A DNA stretch of 64,000 nt from Aplysia californica. Lineage: Eukaryota. Below are positions 49,636 through 59,200 of this stretch, piece by piece. The stretch's first letter is position 1, and every line of letters begins with the position of its first letter. The notes below the pieces were generated by a model. It saw only the letters and a list, made by a program, of their open reading frames with translations. It had not been told where the DNA came from and searched no databases. The DNA is taken from assembly GCF_000002075.1 (NCBI RefSeq), contig NW_004797351.1, positions 1,263,199-1,327,198 on the forward strand, given 5' to 3'. The position numbers and the translations under genes were made by a program.

Positions 49636-50821
49636 AATAAGTTACAGAGTTGTTATTCACTACATGACAAAACAAAATACGCCTCTAGACTCTATAAAGA
49701 TTGTCTTTTTGTTGTTTCTTTCGTTCCGGTGATGTAAACTTAAAAATAATTATCGTGCTAGCTTTTTGACTGAATTTATAATAGGCGAATTTACCACTGA
49801 CGCGTTATATATATATACAAATGTAATGACAAGTCAAGGTTACTAGATCTACTTCTTTACTCCCATTAATTTTCCTTTTCTTAAAACAAAATCTTTTCTT
49901 GTGGAGCAATAGAACTCAAACACCCCAGAACAGCAACAGTTTTACCACAACAACATTCAACAGAGGAAAGTATATGTTCCTCCTGTAACAGATTGACTTT
50001 GATTATCTATTACAAGCGCACAGCTCATTTAAGACATGGAGCCAGCCATCAAGATAGACAAGATGCCAAAGGGGACACAATCATGACAATTAATAGGTTG
50101 CTACTTAGAAGATTTGTGTCCCTGTATGATTATTGCAGATTGATTTTTTTTCTTTTTTTACTGTAATACCAATCCGACGCCTGAGCAAAAATTAATAAAT
50201 AAACTGAATTGAAGTTTGAGCGAAAAAACGCTATTTTGCATAGTCCGAAATGTTTCGCATATTTTTAGGGGGATAGAAAAGTAATGGGTGGGTTTAACAC
50301 CCCTTTTAACACTATTACGTTATCTAAGAGTTGGGCCTCTGAATTTAACGTCCATCTCCAATAGAACCGTATGGTTTGGTAGAAATTGACGCAGGTAGTT
50401 GAAAGTTATCTATAAAAAATCATTAATTTGAGTTGGGCCGTGGAATGTTATTCCTTTGACAAGGATACAAACGTCCTCCTCGATGCTGCTGGAATTCGAA
50501 CTCGTAAATTCTTCCATCGCAAGTATCGGCCTTTGCCTTTGGCATCAAGCCAGCAATAGCAGAGATATTCTTGAAAAATACTCTCCCTAACAGGGTCTCT
50601 TTGGCCCTCACGGAGAATACGGGTACAATCTCGCTAGGATTTTGCACGGGGCTCTATTAAGCCTTTTGAATTCTTAAAAAATACTAATTACTGTGTCGTG
50701 CGTACTTTGTTTGCAGAGTAACATCTACTAAACAATGACAATAAGATAAAATGAGATAAGATACATCTTTATTGTCCAGATCCTGGTCCACTGTTTTGGT
50801 GTTTTACGGCACACATATACT

Positions 50822-50899
<78 letters not shown>

Positions 50900-53870
50900 C
50901 AGCCCCCCCCCCCCCATACACACACCACAGACATGTACACACGCATGGTTGTCGACTAGCTGACTACGTTCTAAAAAGCCTTCAAGGTGGGATAGTTTTA
51001 GAGTTTTAGTTTTTTAGAAAGACTTTTGTGGAACTTTCAACACAGTATTTAAGTCATCATGATATAAGTTCCGATGATGAGGTGTTGCTTCAGCCTAGAA
51101 TAACGTGCACAAGAAGGCGGGGCAGATGAGGACGATAGATCTTTGTTAGGAGGAGCAAGCCACCCCAGAGAGCCCTCCAACCACCTCAATATCATAATAT
51201 GGGATACAAGAATGAAGGACAATGGAAGACACAGAGATGTGGACAATGTTGGACATAAATCAGCAAAGAAATGAGCTGATGGAATTGACAGTTCATCACC
51301 GTTTCTTCTCTCTATACATGGAGGCCCCATGTTCTGAACACTCAATTTTTTTATACACTTGGTTGGCAACTCAAGTATGGGTAGCACTGTACCAGCTAGA
51401 CCTCGATTTATAAGTCATTGAATGAGCTTGTCATCGTCATGTTTTGAGCAAAACTGGCGTTTGCCGTGTGTCAATCGTCTCTGTACGAGCTTGACATGAG
51501 CAATAGTTTTTATTTTTTCATAGCGAAAAGTTATCTTTTTTTTTCAGATACGATTTACGGGATTTCGAATGCGGAATTAANNNNNNNNNNNNNNNNNNNN
51601 NNNNNNNNNNNNNNNNNNNNNNNNNNNNNNNNNNNNNNNNNNNNNNNNNNNNNNNNNNNNNNNNNNNNNNNNNNNNNNNNNNNNNNNNNNNNNNNNNNNN
51701 NNNNNNNNNNNNNNNNNNNNNNNNNNNNNNNNNNNNNNNNNNNNNNNNNNNNNNNNNNNNNNNNNNNNNNNNNNNNNNNNNNNNNNNNNNNNNNNNNNNN
51801 NNNNNNNNNNNNNNNNNNNNNNNNNNNNNNNNNNNNNNNNNNNNNNNNNNNNNNNNNNNNNNNNNNNNNNNNNNNNNNNNNNNNNNNNNNNNNNNNNNNN
51901 NTGAAGACTCTAAACAAAGTGAGACAAAGTGAGGACTCAAACTGTAAAAGAGGATCGCAACGATAGTCAGTATGCCAACTGATCTGAAGACGAGCAACAG
52001 CAAATTGTCAACAGACCAAAGTAGGGAACCAAACAAATCTGAGAAGATTCTATTTGTCCCCATCACTTTGAGGTCGTGTGTACCGTGCCTCCGCGCCTGA
52101 TGTGACTGACTGGTGTGCTGTACGTGTAACCACAACACACGGGGAAAGATTTTGTACACCAGCAACTCGACTGCTAGAGGATCTTTGGCTTTGGCTTTTT
52201 TGCGTTGTTTTTATTAACCAAACTAAGGTTATGGTACAATTTCAAACGGTAGGACCTGTCATGGGTTCTAAGATTACTAAGGAAGCCTAAGTTCAAATCC
52301 CTTTCTTGGCATCATTAGTGACAATGCAGGCTACAATTCAGAACTTGTTTCACATGGACATATTTATTGATGAAAATCTCGCTTCATGGTTCAGCAAAAT
52401 AATGGCATTGTGTCGAAAATGTTTTGCTTCAGCTAATTTAATACACGTACCCGACCGTTCTTCCCGAGTACCCGAACAAAACAGTACACTCACAAGGCAA
52501 TCAAAACTCTGAATTCTACAACTTTGTAAGTGTCCGTCTGGTCCTAATTTAATTATTATAGTGTTATCAAGATATGGAAAAAATCGAAAAACGTTTGGCA
52601 CCATGAGGTTCAAAGGTGTAAGGTCAACATTTCAGCCAATCAGACTAAAGTTGCTGTATTACTTTCATAACATTTCGCTTACTGCTTCATTTCATCATGG
52701 GACGTCGTGGGCGAAGGAAGCACGGCTGACTGGGAGCTCGCGAACGGTGACTGGGACCCATCGATTGATTCATGTAAGCGTCCGTAGGCCCATTTCAAGG
52801 GCCAGACAGGGCTTTAAAAATATAAAAAAAATATTTAAAAATCTCAAAGTAATTATTTGCTCTTCCATTACGAGTCAAGGAACAATATCTAGATTCTAGA
52901 TCTTGATCTAGATTTCTATATCTATATCTAGATCTAGATATAGATAAGATCTAGATCTAGATCTAGATCTAGATATAGATCTAGATTAGCTGCTAACTAA
53001 CAGCTCGCCCAGCGAGTGACGATTTTTGAGAAAATCACTGTTTTTCCTCTTTCTCGGCTCATAAGTTTATTAGTTCTTGGCCTAACATCATAATACCAAC
53101 ATGAAATGAGAGGTCTAGATCTGTGTGTGCTTTTTGTTTCCGTGTTAGCTTCAATAGGGAGAGAAATGTGTAACATAATATATAGATTTTTAAAAGTTTA
53201 GGCTACAACTTACTACAAGCCACAAGGGTCGTCATGCGTTCTGCCACAACGATTAGCTATGTGGAAAATTCCGCTCGAATGAACAGGGCCTCCCACCCCA
53301 CCTCCTCCCATTTCTCAAAAGAAAGTGGCTATTCTCACCCGCCCGGAAGTTCTCGCAAGATCTACTCCTCCCCTCTTCTCTCTCTCTCTGTCTCTTTCTG
53401 AATACTGTCTATCGGTGTGGACGATCAAATTGACCAAAACAAAGTTAAAAAATGATGTTAAAACAAAAGTAAATTAATTTGGTTGTCTACAAAGATGCTA
53501 GGGCTATTTAACTTTTCGAATCGAGCCGAACTACGCGGGTCGCCATTTTGTTTTGTCCTCTCTCTCACTCTCTCTCTCTCCACTGCCCACAGACAAAATT
53601 GTACGCTTTTAGTAGGCTACAAGTACAGTTGTAATGGAACGTTTGTTCACAGCACAGAATTCTACAATTTTTCTCTTATCACAGTGTAGAATTCTATGGT
53701 TTAGGGTGAACGCAAAATTTGTTGACACGCGCACCGGGTGAGAATAGCCACAAGACCCGCCTGCACTATTCTCACCCCGGGTGAGAATAGAGGTGGCCTT
53801 CTCAAAATTAGTCTCATCTCTGGTCATTTGCAGACTTACCTTTTTTATTATGGCAATCATAAATATTTAC

Positions 53871-55212
53871 CTTGGAGTAACTATTATTAGGAGAGGCCGC
53901 GAGTCGCGTAACGTGAAGCCGCTTCAGACGACTGTCGGCCATGTTTGTGAGATCAGCTCAGTTCTCTCAGTTGTAAACTTACTGTCAACCGAATGGCAGT
54001 TTGCGTAGCGTTCGGGTCCGGTGGGCCTCTCATTCGAAGGTCCCGGGTTCGATCCGAGTAGTGACGGAAAAATGTTATTCTCTAAAATTCTACTTTCTCT
54101 TTCGTCTGCTATCGTCTCCACTTTCTGCCCCTACCTCCTCAGGGCTTCGCACTCTTTCTGCAGCCTTTCTACTGCTACTCCTTGGCTCCTTCTTACTTCT
54201 GTCTTTCAGCCACACCCCTGATCTTCTGGTAGGAAAGATCTACCCCTAGCCTTCTCGGACAAGGGCGAAAAAATCTCGGAGGCTCGACAGAGGTTGCGTA
54301 TGCAAGTTGCGCAAATTAAAGGTCCTTTAGTGGTCTAAAATCGATAAGAGTAGGCTTCGGTCGCCACCCGCGCAAAATTCAAAATTTCCTACCAACTTAA
54401 AATGTTTAATGTGTCCCTTGCGCTCATATGACTTATGCAGTTGCGAGTGCCGTAAAACACTTATAAGGCCTACGAAAAATGTTTTTAAAAATATCAGTCT
54501 CTAGCAATGGCACTGAACTTGATGACGAAGTGCCTTCTGATTTAGCCGTAAATGCATCTCACAGTAAAAACAGAACGAAAAAAGATTGCACGTTTGTGCC
54601 TAGATCTAGTCTGGCATACTGGTCAATTTACTCTGAGAATACTATTGCTTAAATGGCTGGTTTTGTGTTGTTAAGGTTTACAAAGCATTTGAAAATGTGA
54701 AACCTTCATCGGTGCCTTAGTTGACTCCAGTGTGTCAAATGTAACTTCCTTGCTGTTTTTGAAGTCTCGTCGGAGGTTTGACAGTGCCTTCAAAGAATGT
54801 CATTGAAGTGCGTTTGATGTGTGAATAACATTTTCGATGTCATGTGTAGTCTGTCTGTGCAGGGGGTGTGACATTGTCAAAAGAGAAATGTCACAAATTA
54901 GTGCAATCTGTCTTGAAATTCTTCTTATTATAAGCCTATCATTTCAAATTTTGTATTAATTTTTCAATACACTTAACAGTATTTTGTAAAATTTAGATAA
55001 AGTGTCTGGGTGTTTTAAAGGTGCCCTTCCCTCCTCGTTTTATTTGGGGGGAGGGGGGGCTGTTTTCTTCTTTTTTTTTCTTCTTTTTTTTCGGGGGGGG
55101 GTTAATTTCCACCATCATACTTCACTCTTATCTGCCTTGCCCTCTCCTTCCTCTTTCTTCGCCCATCCCATCCCACCCTCACTACCATATTTTGTGTAAT
55201 CATTTTCAATTT

Positions 55213-55264
<52 letters not shown>

Positions 55265-55775
55265 ATGTTTAAGTAAAGAAGTCTACGTTTTAGTAAAAAT
55301 AATGTCAGTAATGACATTATTTTGCACTGATGAAGTTCTATGAACGAAAAGTCCGCAAATTTTGTTATCCCGTTTATATTTTTGTTTTGATCCTTATTAT
55401 CCCAATTTCTCCTCTAAAACAAGTTTAAAAATTATCTTACCGTCACAATGTGTATACATAGTACATGTATTACTAAATGTTCGACTGAGTGAGCTGGTAA
55501 TTTGATGCAAGTAAGATTTATTAACTTCCTTATTATATTACAACTGTGCGTGGGTGCTTATAATGCTGTAATTAACATTGACAAAGAAATTTCGAGAGAA
55601 AATGGAGTCCGAGCAGCTTGTTTTGAAAGGAGATTACGCAGCGTACGCTGCATTGTTTTGAACTTACAAAGATGGCGGCAGGCCCGATAAGCTCCGCCCT
55701 TTCGGCTTCAACTTGGTTGGAACTGTTGAGCGGGCGACGCAACGTTAGGGCCTCTCCCTATATAGTTACTCCAAG
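53871..55775. mobile_element. Non-autonomous DNA transposon with a perfect 8-bp TSD (P-element/hAT class), 1.9 kb, with nested insertions
   Basis: ATATTTAC|CTTGGAGTAACTATTATTAGGAGAGGCC ... GGCCTCTCCCTATATAGTTACTCCAAG|ATATTTAC. The TSDs are at 53863-53870 and 55776-55783. Confidence 0.85.
53993..54461 (+). mobile_element. tRNA-derived SINE (B-box GGTTCGATCC at ~54046), nested in the 8-bp-TSD element
   Basis: It has a tRNA-like head, a pyrimidine-rich body and a tail GCAGTTGCGAGTGCCGTAAAACAC. A homologous inverted copy lies at ~56845-57340, and tail fragments lie at ~2320-2360, ~8480-8505 and ~40410-40445. Confidence 0.75.
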
Positions 55776-55783
55776 ATATTTAC

Positions 55784-56180
55784 CATCGCAATATTATTTG
55801 ATCTAAAGGGAACGCCAAAGACACGTCAAAATGAAGCAAGCCACCTACCTACACACCACAATTGTGTAATGTCACTTCCTTGGTCTAAAATGTTAAATGC
55901 CCCCCCCCCCCACCCCCAGGGCTGTCGTTTCAGGGCTGTCGTTTCTATGGCTAGTCAGGTGGGACTTACGCTATGCTATGTCTGACCGCCTTTGATTGCA
56001 AATCAGTGGTCGATTGGGCGGGACTTATTGAAGACTGCCGCAGTGCACTAGACCGTCAACTAAATCAGTACCCGAAATTGCAATTTTTTCCTTTAATGTC
56101 CTTTTTCCGCCTTGAAAATAATACTGACAAATAATCAATGTATTCAGTATTTCGGACAGTATTGTTTTCTCAAACAGATC
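55784..56180 (+). promoter_or_regulatory. Probable MTRR promoter/5' UTR region
   Basis: It contains an ETS-like CACTTCCT (~55873) and an inverted CCAAT directly followed by a GC-box (GATTGGGCGGGAC, ~56012-56024). An acceptor-like ttttctcaaacag ending at 56178 suggests a non-coding upstream exon. The TSS cannot be determined. Confidence 0.35.
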
Positions 56181-56297
56181 AAAATAAAAGAGGAGAGGCT
56201 GAAGAGGAATTGGAGACACACGCTTCCCAATTCGAATACGGTTCAAGCGTGTATCCTTCCAGAGAAAAAGAAATTGCTCTAGCAGTTTGGGTGAGCC

Positions 56298-59200
56298 ATG
56301 AGCCCAGCCAATATGTCCGGAGGAAACACACTTCAGAAAAATCGTTTTTTGGTGCTGTACGGATCTGCAACTGGACAGGCTCAAGCTATGGCTGAGGAAA
56401 TCTGTGAAAAGGCCACTGGCTTTGGTCTGACTGCAGAGCTACATCCAATGGATGAAATAGGAAAACGGGTAAGGCTTACATTGTTGGAGAAAACTGGAAA
56501 GAATACAGACTGTTTTAAATGACAATGAATTATTGTTACATATAAAATAGTGCACTTTTTTTTCTTTTTTACCCTGCTTTGTTAATAGAATATTATTGAT
56601 TTGAAAAAAAAAAAAAGTGTCTCCTTTTGGAAGTGAGCAAGTTTTTTTTTGTAATGTAAGTTAAAGTTATTTATTGATGTCTGTTTGTTTTACCAAATAC
56701 AGTCGATCTTGCTCTAGCAGCCATTTGTCCAACACAATCACCCACACAGGGGACTACTACTACTTCCCATTTTTCCCCTTTTCGGTTATTAAAATATTAT
56801 AATGACACTGTCTAAGACATCCTCCTATTTTTATATATTTTTTTGTGTGTTTTACGGCGCTCGCAACTGTGTAAGGTCATATGAGTGTGCAGGACACATT
56901 AAACATTTTCAGTTGGTAGGAAATTTTGAATTTTGCCAGGGTGGCGGCCGAAGCGTACTCTTATCAATTCTTTGACCACCAAGGGATATTTAACATGCGC
57001 AACTTGTACACGGGACCTCCAAGATTTTTTGCCCCTGTCCGAGAAGGCTAGGTGTAGATCTTTCCTGTCATAAGATCAGGGGTGTGGCTGAAAGACAGTA
57101 GTAAGAAGGAGCAAGGAGTAGCAGTAGAAAAGCTGCAGAAAGAGTCAGTAACCTGAGCTGAGGGGGTGGGGGCAGAAAGTAGAGAGGAAAGCAGACGAGA
57201 GAACATTGTTAGAGAGCAGGAAAAGATGTGAAAGGAGAAAATGTTAGAGAATAAAATTTCTGTCGCTATCCAGATTCAAACCTGCAATTTATTGAACGAG
57301 AGGCGAACACGTTAACCTAGACAATAAGAGCCCATCCGCCTGTCTAAGACAAGCAGCAGCACTTTTTTGCCAAGATAATCATATTTTATCTTTCTGTCCC
57401 AGTGACACCTTTACCAAAGAAAAGATGATGTCATGTTGATGGCCTTTGTCAGTTTTTATACATACTGCTACCATTCAGTGCAGTTTGAGAACACATCCTG
57501 ACTTCTGTACAGAAATGTACTAATTGCATTTTATTAATTTTTTTTGGTCACTCCTTTGAAAACATGAGGATGGATAAATATAGTGAATTTTCATAATTAT
57601 TGTCGTTTTTCGCAAAATGTAATTTTGCTGGACTCTGATTTTGCCTCCTATGTTGGAAAGAAAGTGTAGACCTATTTACCACAACAAAGACAGTGCCTTC
57701 CTTTACTCTTAGGCCTACCATTGTGCTGACAATTTGGATTTTTATTGTCACATTGATTTTGTTTTCTGTCCCCATATCATTGTCTTATAGCAAAGTATGA
57801 CCACTGGGGTCCTCTTACATGTTTCAGTTCAACTTAGAGCATGAACAGTGTGTAGTTATGGTTGCATCCACTACCGGAGACGGAGACCCGCCACCAAATG
57901 CGGAAAAATTCATGCGCAGGATCAAGAAGAGAACCCTTCCGACGGACTACTTGGCACACCTGCATTATGCTTTACTGGGTAAGTCTGCTTAGTTTGTAGA
58001 GTGCCGTCGGTAGCCTAGTAGATAGGCTACCAGACTCTCGTAATCGTGAGATTTGTGGGTTCAGGGATTCAAACCTCAGCTTGGTCTAACGTTGTGTCCT
58101 TGGGAAAGGCACTTCACACGAATTTCCCACTTGGCTCTGTCTTTTCGGAGACGGATGTTGAACTCGGAGGTCCAGCCCCTTAAATAACCTAATAATGTTG
58201 ACAGGGACGTTAAACACACACCGTTTGGTTTGTAAAAGATACTATTGCAGTCATTTAAGAGAATGATGATATTACCTCCCTTATTTGTATTTTAAGAATA
58301 TTGTATTCTGTTAGTTTTCTCTTCGCAAACCCCTTTGTTACCAAGGGGTATGCGTTCCTACTTTCAGCATTGATTTTCAGCTAAGCTCATTAGCCAGGAA
58401 AGTAGTCTCATGTCTCAGTATTAACGGGAGGAGCTACCCTTGAGGACCATTTTCTATGTTTGTTGCCTGAGATCAAATCTAAGTACACATAATATAAGTT
58501 AGACGTAATAAAATCTCTTGATAGGCAGTTTTATTTGGCATAGCTGTAGCAGTTGCTATAGAAACGGTGGCCATCTTGAAAATAAACAATGAATTTCAAA
58601 TCCCTACGGCTTTCTTATTTACTGATCAAATTTGGTGAGGGTATACCTGAACCGGACACTATCAGAGTAACAGTAAATTTTTCTCAATAGTGCAAAAGAA
58701 GAAAAAAAAAGAGAATTTTCCCAAAGTATCAAGAACTTTTTCTAAATTTAGGTTGCCTAATCGCTTGCCAATGGAAGAAAGTGTAATTTTTTTCACAAAT
58801 ATCTCTCTGTTACATTTATGGTTGCCTTGCCATAAATGTTTCCTGAAAGTTTTATGTGAAAAAGATGAAAACTAAAGAAGAATTAGGGAAATAAAAGCGG
58901 GGAAAAAATTACATTTTGCGAAAAACGACAATAATTATGAAAATTCACTATATTTATCCATCCTCATGTTTTCAAAGGCAATTTACCAGAAGAATAAAGA
59001 CTTTATCAATAATCAATTGTATCCATGCTATTTTTAGACAAAAGAACTTCAAAAATTGGCCAACATAAAATTTGCATAGCTACAGCCTGACCCAAAATTT
59101 GCAAAAATCAAGGGTCGCTCCTCCCCTTAATGGACTCGCGGCCTACAACTTTTAATCCGCTGAGACGTATTTCAGATCCCAGGTCTTCGATCATGTCAAA

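Noticed and set aside
52350-52613. Possible transposase fragment (FFPYLDNTII)
   Set aside because: The similarity is limited to a few residues and cannot be supported without a database search.
53993-54070. tRNA gene
   Set aside because: A B-box is present, but there is no complete cloverleaf, and it continues into a body repeated at 56845-57340. It is a SINE head.
55672-55806. ATG in AAGATGGCGGC context as a possible upstream MTRR start
   Set aside because: The frame closes after ~44 codons without MTRR similarity, and the motif lies within the subterminal region of the 8-bp-TSD transposon.
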